From an uncultured Albidiferax sp. (GTDB lineage Bacteria; Pseudomonadota; Gammaproteobacteria; Burkholderiales; Burkholderiaceae_C): a stretch of 64,000 nt of DNA. A model generated the notes under the pieces. The model worked only from the letters and a program-made list of their open reading frames with translations. It ran no database searches and had not been told where the DNA came from. The stretch covers positions 9,849 through 73,848 of the forward strand of contig CAUPNG010000024.1 of the NCBI GenBank assembly GCA_963512605.1. Direction: 5' to 3'. Positions 46,685 through 55,147 of the stretch are shown piece after piece. Made by a program: the position numbers and the translations under genes. The first letter of the stretch is position 1. Every line of letters starts with the position of its first letter.

Positions 46685-47113
46685 TCAGTTGATCGTCAGC
46701 CGCTGCACGCTGTTGCTGGCCTTTTTGGGCAAGGCTACGCTCAGCACGCCGTTTTGGTACTGGCACTGGGCCTGGCTGGCATCCACCTCTTGCGGGAGCT
46801 GGAAGCTGCGGGCTACCGCGCCAAAGTAACGTTCGCTGCGCAGGGTGCGGGCATCTTTGCGCTGGTCTTCCTGCTTGATTTCGGCGCGCAGGGTGACGGT
46901 GCTGCCTTCTACCGATACCTGGATGTCTTCTTTTTTGACCCCGGGTAGCTCGGCCACCACGTTATAGGCCTGCGCGTCTTCTTGCACATCGACCTTGATC
47001 TGCGCGGGCGAGGGCAGCGGGTCGCCGTGCAGCGGGCGGATAAAAAAGCCGGGGGCCAGGTCGGTGAAGAAGTCGTCAAACAGGCTGTTGCTGCGGCTTG
47101 TCATGGCATTCAT
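46685..47113 (-). CDS. Hsp20/alpha-crystallin-family small heat-shock protein
   Basis: ...AELPGVKKEDIQVSVEGSTVTLRAE...GVLSVALPKK... Start at ATG 47113 behind GGAGAA. Confidence 0.9.
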   Translation of the reverse strand: MNAMTSRSNSLFDDFFTDLAPGFFIRPLHGDPLPSPAQIKVDVQEDAQAYNVVAELPGVKKEDIQVSVEGSTVTLRAEIKQEDQRKDARTLRSERYFGAVARSFQLPQEVDASQAQCQYQNGVLSVALPKKASNSVQRLTIN

Positions 47114-47203
47114 GTCGTTCTCCTGAAGAATAAATGGTTGAAAAGCCGGTGGCGCGCTCTGCAAGCCACCGCATGGCCCAATTAGTGGCCGCCGCCACAG
47201 ATT

Positions 47204-48778
47204 TCAAGAGCTGCCTGCGCGGTGCCCCAGGGTGAAGGCTTCTTCAAACACCGAGTACCCCGCCCAGTCGCTGTGCGCATAGGCCAGACGCTGCGGTTTT
47301 TGTAGCTGCTCTCGCCCATGGAATAAGCGCTGGAGGCCAATTTGGCTTGAAACTGCCGGGGTGGGTATGGCCATGGCGTGGCCGTAGCGGGTGATGTCGA
47401 TGCGCTGGGCCTTGTGCGCGATGTCGGGGTGGGCGGTGGCCAGTTCGGCCAGGATCTCGTCGCGCCAGGCCGTCCACGGTTTTTCCATCAACAGTCGCCG
47501 CCCTTGCGGCACATCGCCCAGCGCGCGGTAGTAGGTCAGTACCGTGGCGGCGGGTACGGGGCGCAGGCTTTGGTGCATGGCATCCACGTAGCCCAGGCCC
47601 GGTGTGTTGTAGAGCACGTTGTCCCAGCTGGGGGCCGGGCCGGGGCGATCAAACAGCGGTTGGGCGATGTGGATATTGGCCACCAGCCAGGGTGCGTAGG
47701 TGGTGCGGGCCGCAGCCTGGCGCAAAAAGTCCGGCGGGTTCTGCACCACCCGCGCGGCCACAAACACCGGCAGGGCGATGATGGCCCGGCGGGCCTGCCA
47801 GCGCACCACCGCCTGGGTGGCGGTGTCGAACGCATCCACCTCCACGCCCTGGCGGGTCTCGGCGATGCGCAGCACCACCTGGCCGGTGTGCAGCCGGTCG
47901 GCCAAGGGCGCGGCCAGGCGCTGGGTCAACCAGCCGTTGCCCTCGGGCCAGGTGAGCACGCCACCCTCGCGTTCGCCGCCGTCGGCTCCCGGCGCGTGGA
48001 AGCCGTGGCGGCTGGCGAAGTAGTGGATGCCCGCCCAGGCCGACACGGTGGCCGTGCCCGCGCCGTAGTCGTCGCGGCAGCAGTAGTCCAGGTACCAGCG
48101 CAGGTGGGGGTCGTCCAGGCCGTGTTGGTCGAGGTATGCTGCGAAAGTGATAGCTGCTTGTGCTTGTTGAATGGGCGCTAGAGGCCGATTTGGCATAGGA
48201 ATCGTCCAGCGGGCCTGCTGCCGATGTTGCGCCACCAGCGCGGCAAACTTCTGGTACTGCGCCAAGGTGGCCGCGCCCACGCCCTGCACCGGCAGCAAGC
48301 CGTCTTGCCACGCGCCGTGCAAAAACAAGCGCTCTTGCGGGCTGTGGCACAGGTGGCGTTCATCAACGACCCAGCGCCCCGCCACGCGCTGGCGCAGGCC
48401 CAGTTCTTCCAGCAGATTCTGCACATCCGGCGCATCGTCGCTGGGCACCGGCAGGTAGTGCGCGCCCAGCGGGCAGGCGATGCCGCCCACCGCGCCGCCC
48501 CGGCTGTTGCCACCCGCGCTGTCTTCTAGCTCCAGCAGGGCGAAGTCTTCCACGCCCTTGAGCCGCAAGGCCCGCGCCGCCGCCAGCCCGGCCACGCCAC
48601 CGCCCGCAATCAGCACGTCGGTGCGGCGGGCCGTGGTGGGCGCATGCCGGGTGCGGGCCTCCCGCAGTACATGGCCGCGTTCAAACGCGATGCCGGTGAA
48701 GCCGCCGGTGATGTCACGGGAGGGTGCGCAGCCCAGCAGGGGCAGAGCGGTGCTGGCGAGGAAATGGCGGCGGTGCAT
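47204..48778 (-). CDS. Tat-signal FAD/NAD(P)-binding oxidoreductase (amine-oxidase-like fold) carrying two in-frame repeat insertions
   Basis: MHRRHFLASTALPLLG twin-Arg signal and dinucleotide motif DVLIAGGGVAGLAAA. Repeat copies 11 and 12 lie inside the ORF without breaking the frame. Confidence 0.75.
   Translation of the reverse strand: MHRRHFLASTALPLLGCAPSRDITGGFTGIAFERGHVLREARTRHAPTTARRTDVLIAGGGVAGLAAARALRLKGVEDFALLELEDSAGGNSRGGAVGGIACPLGAHYLPVPSDDAPDVQNLLEELGLRQRVAGRWVVDERHLCHSPQERLFLHGAWQDGLLPVQGVGAATLAQYQKFAALVAQHRQQARWTIPMPNRPLAPIQQAQAAITFAAYLDQHGLDDPHLRWYLDYCCRDDYGAGTATVSAWAGIHYFASRHGFHAPGADGGEREGGVLTWPEGNGWLTQRLAAPLADRLHTGQVVLRIAETRQGVEVDAFDTATQAVVRWQARRAIIALPVFVAARVVQNPPDFLRQAAARTTYAPWLVANIHIAQPLFDRPGPAPSWDNVLYNTPGLGYVDAMHQSLRPVPAATVLTYYRALGDVPQGRRLLMEKPWTAWRDEILAELATAHPDIAHKAQRIDITRYGHAMAIPTPAVSSQIGLQRLFHGREQLQKPQRLAYAHSDWAGYSVFEEAFTLGHRAGSS
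47297..47346 (+). repeat. dispersed 45-50 bp repeat, copy 11 (forward orientation, inside CDS)
   Basis: tttttgtagctgctctcgcccatggaataagcgctggaggccaatttggc. Translated on the minus strand as ...SQIGLQRLFHGREQLQK... Confidence 0.85.
48150..48194 (+). repeat. dispersed 45-50 bp repeat, copy 12 (forward orientation, inside CDS)
   Basis: atagctgcttgtgcttgttgaatgggcgctagaggccgatttggc. Translated on the minus strand as ...MPNRPLAPIQQAQAAI... Confidence 0.85.
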
Positions 48779-49968
48779 CAACGGGGGGCGTGTTTCAAAA
48801 GGGCGGCTTTCGTGCGCTGCGACAACCACCGGCTGACCGGGTCGCGCAGGCCGCGCCGGGTGGCCCAGCGGGCCGCGCACACCGCCACCCACCAGGCGGC
48901 TATCGCCAGCGCCAGGCTGGGGGCGGTAGCGCCTTCCAGGCTTTGCAAAGCGGTGCGGCCCAGCACCAGCGCCAGCGACAGCAGCAGGTACATCGCCAGG
49001 GTTTGCTGCCCCGCCGGGGCCAGCCAGGTGACCCAGCGCGGCGGGGACGGGTGGCGGTGCTGGTAACGCATGCACCAGCCCACAGCGGCAGCGGCCAGCC
49101 AGATGCCGGGCAGGCCCATCAGCACTGTGGCCAAGCCCAGCTGCGTGGTATCGGCCTGGCCCAGCGCATGCAGCCGCACGGTGGCCAGGGCCAGGCCCAG
49201 GTTCAGCGCCAAGGCCAGCACCAGGTGGGTGGGGCCCAGGTGGCGGCGCCAGAACTGGCGGGCATAGCGCCGCGTGCCCAGCAGCCCGAACCGCCGCGCC
49301 AGCAAACCCGCCACCGTCAGCCACAGCAGCATGGGCAGGAAAAACAGCAACGAGCCCACTTGCGCCCACAGATAGGCATCGGCATTGGCCACCATGAAGT
49401 CCCACGGCGTGGGTGCGTGCATCAGCACGATCGGCGTGGGTTGTGCATCGCTGGGGGCATATTGCGCCAGCCACAGGCTGCCGACCAACACCACCAGCAT
49501 CACTATGGCCAGTACCGTGGTGTGCCGCCAGATACGCAGCAAGCGGGCAGGCCGCACCAAAGCCCAGCGGGCGGCCCAGCCGCCGCACAGGGCATACATG
49601 GTCAGGATGTCGCCAAAGTACAGCAGCGCGCCATGGAGCACGCCGACCAGCAGCAATGCGCGGTAACGCGCCCGCAGCCCCCGCCACACGTTTTGGCCCG
49701 CAGCGCGCAGCCGCAGTGCCATATCGCCCAGGCTGAAGCCCAACAAAAAGCACAGCACCGACCAGGCCTTGCCCTGGACCAGGGCCAGCAGCAGGCCGTG
49801 CAGCGCCAGCGCCAGGGGCGCATTGGCAGGCAACGGCCCACCCACCGGTTGGGGGTAGTCGGGTGCCTGGGCATAACCCACCGCGTTGACGATGAAAACC
49901 CCCAGCAATGCCAGCGCCCGCAAGGCATCGGCCCAGGGGTTGCGCAGGCTGCGGGCGGCTGTCGCCAT
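48778..49968 (-). CDS. DUF418-like (YeiB-type) polytopic membrane protein
   Basis: ...ADALRALALLGVFIVNAVGY... followed by multiple TM segments. Start trimmed to ATG 49968. The stop shares 1 nt with the downstream start. Confidence 0.6.
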   Translation of the reverse strand: MATAARSLRNPWADALRALALLGVFIVNAVGYAQAPDYPQPVGGPLPANAPLALALHGLLLALVQGKAWSVLCFLLGFSLGDMALRLRAAGQNVWRGLRARYRALLLVGVLHGALLYFGDILTMYALCGGWAARWALVRPARLLRIWRHTTVLAIVMLVVLVGSLWLAQYAPSDAQPTPIVLMHAPTPWDFMVANADAYLWAQVGSLLFFLPMLLWLTVAGLLARRFGLLGTRRYARQFWRRHLGPTHLVLALALNLGLALATVRLHALGQADTTQLGLATVLMGLPGIWLAAAAVGWCMRYQHRHPSPPRWVTWLAPAGQQTLAMYLLLSLALVLGRTALQSLEGATAPSLALAIAAWWVAVCAARWATRRGLRDPVSRWLSQRTKAALLKHAPR

Positions 49969-50005
49969 GCCGCCACTGCAGCGTAGGGCCCAGCCGTCTA
50001 CCGCC

Positions 50006-51628
50006 TTAGCGGGACTCGCTGAGCCGGGCATCTTTGGGGTAGCTGACTTCGTAGGCGGCGCTGAAGCGGGCGGTGGTACCGGCCTCCAGGCGCTGGCTCC
50101 AGAGCGCCACGCCGGGCTGGTCGCGCCAGGCGGTGGTGGTGGGCTGCGGATCCAGGGTGGCTTTGACGCTGACGTTCTCGTCCACCGCGACCGGGGTGGC
50201 TTCCAGTACCTGTAGCTGCACGGCGCTGCGGTGGCGGTTCTCAATGCTGTAACTGCGCGACTGGGTGCGCACGGCGCGGCTGCCCACAAAACCTGCGGTG
50301 GCCTGCATGTTTTTTTGCGGATCGACCTGCACGCGCACCAGCTCGTCGCGGCCCAGCGACAGCGTCAGGGGGCCACTGTCGGGGGTGCGCAAGGTGTCGG
50401 TGCCGACAAACGCACCGTCCCGGTACAACTGCAACGGCCCCACGGGCCACACGCCCTCGGGCAGCGCCAGTTCGGCCACCAGCCAGGCGCTGGCGTCGCG
50501 GCTGGGCGTGGTGCGGGCAAACAGCTGGGCAGTCGCTTCCACGCGGCCCAGCGCCAAGGCCACCCGCTGGCCGTTGCTGGGTACGTCGATGGCCTGCGGC
50601 ACGCTGAATTCGGTGGCAAAGGCATTGTTGAATACGCCCACGTCGAACAAGGGCGGGTTGACCTTTTTCGAGTAGACCATCGGTGCTGGGGCCGCCGCAG
50701 CCATGGGCCGCGCAAGCATGCCGGCGGTCTGGGGCTGTGGCGGCGGTTGGATGCCGATCTGCCACGGCTGGGGCACCGGGCCGGTGGTGCCCTGGCGCGG
50801 TTGCCCGGTGGACAGGCGCAGGCGCACGCCCTGCCAGTTCTCCCCTGTGGCCTGGGCCACCAGCGCTTGCCGCTCCAGCCGCACCTGGCGGGTGGCGGTG
50901 TCGATCAGCGCGCGGTAGCTGGGGGTCCAGCCGGGGCCCTGGATCTGGTAACTCAGGCGCACCGGGGCATCGGCGGGCGCGTCTACCGTGACGGCCACGC
51001 GCAGCACCCGGTCGAGGCCCTCCTGGCTGCGGGTACGCTCGGCCAGCAGGGGTTTGAGCTGGCGGTCCAGGTCCTCCTGCAGGCGCAGGATCTGGGCTTG
51101 GCGTAGCAGGCCGTCTTGCCCGGTGCGGCGCAGTGCGTCGGCTACGGCCACGATGGTTTTGGGGTCGGTGGCGGCGCGGTTGGCGGTGGCAGCGGCCTCT
51201 GGGTTGGAGAGGGATTTGAGGTAGTTTTGCACCAGGTTCTGGGCATCGTTCTCGGCTCCGAGCTGGCTCTTTTTGTCCTCCAGCTCGCGGATGCGTGCGT
51301 CCAGCGGGCTGGTGGCGCAGCCCAGCGCCGCCCCGTCTTGCACCTCTACCGACAGTTCGCCCACCTGCACCGAGGCATCCGCCGCTACCGCCAGGCTTTG
51401 GACCTCCAGATCACCGGGCAGGCAGGCAAACACCAGCTTGTGGCTCCCCGCCGCCGCGCGGGCGACCCGCTCGACCTTGGCGCTGCCGGGGTACAGGGTG
51501 ACATCGGTAATGCGGCTGCTGGAGGGGGTATCCAAAGTCGTCTGGGCCACCAGGGGCAAGCCTGCGCAAGCCAGGGAGAGGCCCAGCAGAGCTTTGAGGC
51601 GATGGGGGAAAAGGGCGTGGAAGGTCAT
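50006..51628 (-). CDS. secreted DUF4139-like protein (family assignment tentative)
   Basis: Signal peptide MTFHALFPHRLKALLGLSLACAGLPLVAQT, a coiled-coil-like middle part and a beta-rich C-terminus. Start trimmed to ATG 51628. Confidence 0.5.
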   Translation of the reverse strand: MTFHALFPHRLKALLGLSLACAGLPLVAQTTLDTPSSSRITDVTLYPGSAKVERVARAAAGSHKLVFACLPGDLEVQSLAVAADASVQVGELSVEVQDGAALGCATSPLDARIRELEDKKSQLGAENDAQNLVQNYLKSLSNPEAAATANRAATDPKTIVAVADALRRTGQDGLLRQAQILRLQEDLDRQLKPLLAERTRSQEGLDRVLRVAVTVDAPADAPVRLSYQIQGPGWTPSYRALIDTATRQVRLERQALVAQATGENWQGVRLRLSTGQPRQGTTGPVPQPWQIGIQPPPQPQTAGMLARPMAAAAPAPMVYSKKVNPPLFDVGVFNNAFATEFSVPQAIDVPSNGQRVALALGRVEATAQLFARTTPSRDASAWLVAELALPEGVWPVGPLQLYRDGAFVGTDTLRTPDSGPLTLSLGRDELVRVQVDPQKNMQATAGFVGSRAVRTQSRSYSIENRHRSAVQLQVLEATPVAVDENVSVKATLDPQPTTTAWRDQPGVALWSQRLEAGTTARFSAAYEVSYPKDARLSESR

Positions 51629-51749
51629 AGGTAAGTCGGCAACGGTAGGCAGCGCGGATGCAAGGATGTAGTTGCTCGCCAGTATAGGCAGCGCCTGCCC
51701 GATGGACAGGCGATGTCCCCCACGCCGCCGCCCGCAACCAGCGGTGCAT

Positions 51750-52157
51750 TTACACCAACAAAACCATGCCCGCCGAGCGCACGGCCCCTTTGTCAAAGCT
51801 CAGGGTGTGTGCACAACCCTCGGCCTTTGCGATCTGTGCAACCAGCATGTCGGTGAACCCGGCCTTGCCATGGGGCGCGGAGCCCATACTTTGGGTGGTG
51901 GCCTGTACCACGGCGCGGCGCTCTACTTGGAACTGCGCGGCACCCAGGAGGTCGTCTACCGTGGTGACCAGCTCTGCCTCGGTAGCGGCATAAAGTCGTT
52001 TGAGCACCCAGCACAGCTCCACCAGCACCACCAGGCTGATGAAGCCCGGCTGTGACGCGCTGAGTTCACGCTCAATCAACCGGGTTGCGATAGCGGCTTG
52101 CTTTGCGTCGTCTTGCGCCAAATAGCGCACCAGTACATTGGTATCGAGCCCGACCAT
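51750..52157 (-). CDS. vapC: PIN-domain ribonuclease toxin
   Basis: MVGLDTNVLVRYL... (PIN Asp5) ...FTDMLVAQIA... 135 aa, 5 nt downstream of the antitoxin gene. Confidence 0.8.
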   Translation of the reverse strand: MVGLDTNVLVRYLAQDDAKQAAIATRLIERELSASQPGFISLVVLVELCWVLKRLYAATEAELVTTVDDLLGAAQFQVERRAVVQATTQSMGSAPHGKAGFTDMLVAQIAKAEGCAHTLSFDKGAVRSAGMVLLV

Positions 52158-52162
52158 GGCGC

Positions 52163-52414
52163 TTATTTTTTGCTGTGGCGAGCAGCAGCCTCGGCGGCGA
52201 TGGCATCGTCCATGGCGGCCAGACTGACGGCTTGGGTCACCCGTCCGGCAAACCTGCCTTTGAGCGTCTCTACCCCGTTGCGCAGGGGTACCACCTTGAA
52301 GCCATCGTCCTGGCGCACAAAATCCAGTTTGGCCCCCGCGTGCAGCCCCAAGGCGGTTCTCAGGGCCAATGGAATGGTGATCTGGCCTTTGCTGGTGAGG
52401 GTGGCGGTAGGCAT
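52163..52414 (-). CDS. vapB: AbrB/SpoVT-fold antitoxin
   Basis: MPTATLTSKGQITIPLALRTALGL... 83 aa. Start at ATG 52414. Confidence 0.8.
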   Translation of the reverse strand: MPTATLTSKGQITIPLALRTALGLHAGAKLDFVRQDDGFKVVPLRNGVETLKGRFAGRVTQAVSLAAMDDAIAAEAAARHSKK

Positions 52415-52504
52415 GGTGAATTCCTTACGATGGGTAAGATAGTATAAATGCCTTGACCAAGACGGCTTCGGAACTATCTCTCTGCGCCGCACTCGTACCG
52501 CCTC

Positions 52505-53368
52505 ATGATCCGCCGCCACCTCTTCCAAACCGCCCTGGCCTTGATCGCCGCCCACCCTCTGGCCCAGGCCGCTGCAGCCGCTGCCCAGCCGCCCGCGCGC
52601 GGCAAGATGCCGGTGCTGTTCATCGGCCACGGCTCGCCGATGAACGCGCTGCGCGACACGCCGTTTACCCGGCACCTGGCCCAGTTGGGGCGTGAGCTGC
52701 CCCGGCCCCGGGCGATTCTGGTGGTGTCGGCGCACTGGGCGGCCGACCAGCCGATGCTCAGCTCTACCGCGCAGCCCGAGACGATTTACGACTTTGGTGG
52801 TTTTCCCAAGGCGCTGTACCAGGTGCGTTACCCCAGCCCCGGCCAGCCCGCGCTGGCCCAGCAGCTCGCCCGCAGCCTGCCGAATGCGGCGGTGGACACC
52901 CAGCGCGGCCTGGACCACGGTGCCTGGACGGTGCTGCACCACCTGTACCCCAAAGCCGACATTCCGGTTATCCAGCTCGCCATGCCATCCCGCATCCGCA
53001 TGGACGAGCATGTGGCCCTGGCCACCCAACTGCGGGCGCTGCGGTCCGAGGGCGTGCTGGTACTGGCCAGTGGCAACATCGTGCACAACCTGCGCCTGAC
53101 CAACGAGTCCCCCGGTGCCAAGGTCTACGACTGGGCGCAAGATTTCGACGGCATGGCCGCCGAGGCCTTGCTGCAGCGTGATATGCCCACCCTGCTGGCG
53201 CAGGACAAAGCCAAGCACCCCCTGTGGCGCATGGCCCACCCCAGCATCGAACATTACGTGCCCTTGCTGTACGCCCTGGGTGCCAGTACCGAGGCCGACA
53301 AGGTCAGCTTCCCGTTCCAGGGCTTTGAAGAGGCCTCGCTGTCGATGCGCTCGGTGCGGTTTGGGTAG
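52505..53368 (+). CDS. 4,5-DOPA dioxygenase extradiol-like (YgiD family, class III extradiol dioxygenase)
   Basis: Signal-like N-terminus, then ...MPVLFIGHGSPMNAL...ILVVSAHW...DHGAWTVL... Confidence 0.85.
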   Translation: MIRRHLFQTALALIAAHPLAQAAAAAAQPPARGKMPVLFIGHGSPMNALRDTPFTRHLAQLGRELPRPRAILVVSAHWAADQPMLSSTAQPETIYDFGGFPKALYQVRYPSPGQPALAQQLARSLPNAAVDTQRGLDHGAWTVLHHLYPKADIPVIQLAMPSRIRMDEHVALATQLRALRSEGVLVLASGNIVHNLRLTNESPGAKVYDWAQDFDGMAAEALLQRDMPTLLAQDKAKHPLWRMAHPSIEHYVPLLYALGASTEADKVSFPFQGFEEASLSMRSVRFG

Positions 53369-54545
53369 CGTCCTGCGTCTTCCACCATTGGCCTAAATGG
53401 GCGGCTGCGGCTAAGAATAGCGGTGCGGCCTGCGGGTCGTTGCCTGCCGCATCCAGGCAGGCCAGGGTGTACTTGGCCAGGTGGGCATCCGGGTGCGTGG
53501 CGGCATGGCTGGCCAGGGCGGTAACGGATATGTCGGGATCGGCCACCGTGTCCATGGCTTCCAGCGCCACCGTGCCCAGCGTGGCGCGGAATGCCAGTAC
53601 CTGGGTGGCGGCGATGGCCACCAGGGCCTGCGGGTCGCGGCTGGCATCGGCGTGGGCCAGCACGGCCTGTGGCAAAGTGAGGCAGTGGGTCCAGCCGTAG
53701 GGCGCATGTCGTGGCGTGTCCTGCAGCATGGACAGCGCCGCCAGACGCAGCAAAACCCGCTGCGCCTGGGGAACGGTCAGGGTTCGGCACGGTCCGGCCA
53801 GGAGCCGGGTGGCCATGCCGTTGTCTTGCACGGCCAACAGGGCGTGTGCAATCCCCGTTGATGCGAGCGGCACGGTCGGCACCTGGGCCAGCCGTTGCCA
53901 CAAAGTGCTGACCGGATCTACCCCATCGCGATCTTCCGGACCGGGCTGGGAGTGCCAGGTCAGCCGCAGACCGGCCTGGTGAGCGACATAACGCAAAGGG
54001 GCATGCAGCAAGCCGCCCAGGCCCGGGATGGCATGGGCGAAACGGGGCAGGGCGGCCAGCAGTAACGGCGCATGCGCGGCAGCGCCCAGTTGCGGCGCGA
54101 GGATGTCGCCCAGAGCCGTCCGCAGTTCCCACAGCGGCAGAGCCTTCAGCAGATAGGCCAGTGCGCCGTTGCAGCCATCGGCATCACCGTCGCGCAGCGC
54201 CGCCATTAAGGTGTCCAGTGCGCGCCGTGGCGTGGGAAAGGTGGATGACGGGAGCGTGACCTCCAGCCCCTCGGCGGCATAGCGGCTGGCGATGGCGGCC
54301 ATCTGCTGGCGGGCCAGGTCGCGGGCGCTGGGTTCCACGCGCGGCAACAAGGCGGCCCGCGCCAGCAGCTCCAGCGGGGCGTGCAAGACAAAGGACGAGG
54401 GGGCCTGCTGCTTGGGGGCGGTGATGGCCGCCGCCACAGCAGACACCAGGTGCAGGTCGCTCCACTCGTTCGCCGGACTTCGCGCCCAAGCTTCGGCAAA
54501 AGAGTCCAGCGGGAGCGTGCGCAGAAGGTGGGCGGAAGTGTTCAT
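53304..54545 (-). CDS. hypothetical ~413-aa Ala/Leu-rich protein, predicted SoxR target
   Basis: High GC3 ORF with no family recognised. The start is placed at ATG 54545 (MNTSAHLL...) because the upstream ATG at 54554 lies inside the predicted -10 element. The 3' end overlaps the convergent gene by 65 nt. Confidence 0.55.
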   Translation of the reverse strand: MNTSAHLLRTLPLDSFAEAWARSPANEWSDLHLVSAVAAAITAPKQQAPSSFVLHAPLELLARAALLPRVEPSARDLARQQMAAIASRYAAEGLEVTLPSSTFPTPRRALDTLMAALRDGDADGCNGALAYLLKALPLWELRTALGDILAPQLGAAAHAPLLLAALPRFAHAIPGLGGLLHAPLRYVAHQAGLRLTWHSQPGPEDRDGVDPVSTLWQRLAQVPTVPLASTGIAHALLAVQDNGMATRLLAGPCRTLTVPQAQRVLLRLAALSMLQDTPRHAPYGWTHCLTLPQAVLAHADASRDPQALVAIAATQVLAFRATLGTVALEAMDTVADPDISVTALASHAATHPDAHLAKYTLACLDAAGNDPQAAPLFLAAAAHLGQWWKTQDATQTAPSASTARPLQSPGTGS

Positions 54546-54552
54546 GGCCCGC

Positions 54553-54583
54553 ATTTTGCAAGTTAAAGTTAACTTGAAGTCAA
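54553..54583 (-). promoter_or_regulatory. SoxR/MerR-type promoter with 19-bp spacer containing a SoxR box
   Basis: The minus strand reads TTGACT-tcaagttaactttaacttg-CAAAAT. It aligns position for position with the E. coli soxS promoter as recalled (TTTACC-TCAAGTTAACTTGAGGAAT-TATACT). Divergent from soxR. Confidence 0.65.
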
Positions 54584-54586
54584 GCA

Positions 54587-54646
54587 GGACTTACGCAAGT
54601 TCCCCCTGTAAGCCCGAAGGGCGATACAGGGGCGCTGCGTAAGTCC
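54587..54646. other. 60-nt three-tier inverted repeat (11+8+4 bp) between the SoxR box and soxR
   Basis: ggacttacgca/tgcgtaagtcc, cccctgta/tacagggg and gccc/gggc are nested around a gaa loop. Confidence 0.6.
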
Positions 54647-54681
54647 TATCCAGGGTATTTCAAAGAAAAAAGGAGCCGTCC

Positions 54682-55140
54682 ATGTCTGCTGAAATGGTGT
54701 CGATTGGGGCAATGGCGAAGCGCTCGGGCGTGGCCGCCAGCGCCTTGCGGTTCTACGAAGAGGCCGGTTTGATCCGTAGCACCCGCAGTCCCGGAGGGCA
54801 GCGCCAGTACCCGCGGGAGGTGTTGCGGCGGGTGGCCTTTGTGCGGGTAGCCCAGGCGGTAGGCTTGAGCCTGGACGACATCCGCGCTGCCCTGGCAAGC
54901 CTGCCGCAGCAGCGCACGCCCAGCCCGGAGGATTGGCAGCGCTTGTCCACCGCTTGGCAGCCCATGCTGGACCAAAAAATTGCCCAGCTCGTGGCCCTGC
55001 GCGACCAGCTCACTGCCTGCATTGGCTGCGGCTGCCTGTCTTTGGAGCGCTGCGCGCTGTACAACCCGTGCGACATGGCACAGCAGCGTGGCAGCGGGCC
55101 CCGCTTTTGGCTAGGGGACAAGCCGGTGCAAGTCAAGTGA
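54682..55140 (+). CDS. soxR: redox-sensitive transcriptional activator SoxR
   Basis: MerR HTH (...IGAMAKRSGVAASALRFYEEAGLI...) and the [2Fe-2S] motif CIGCGCLSLERCALYNP. RBS aaGGAG. Confidence 0.92.
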   Translation: MSAEMVSIGAMAKRSGVAASALRFYEEAGLIRSTRSPGGQRQYPREVLRRVAFVRVAQAVGLSLDDIRAALASLPQQRTPSPEDWQRLSTAWQPMLDQKIAQLVALRDQLTACIGCGCLSLERCALYNPCDMAQQRGSGPRFWLGDKPVQVK

Positions 55141-55147
55141 CAACCGG

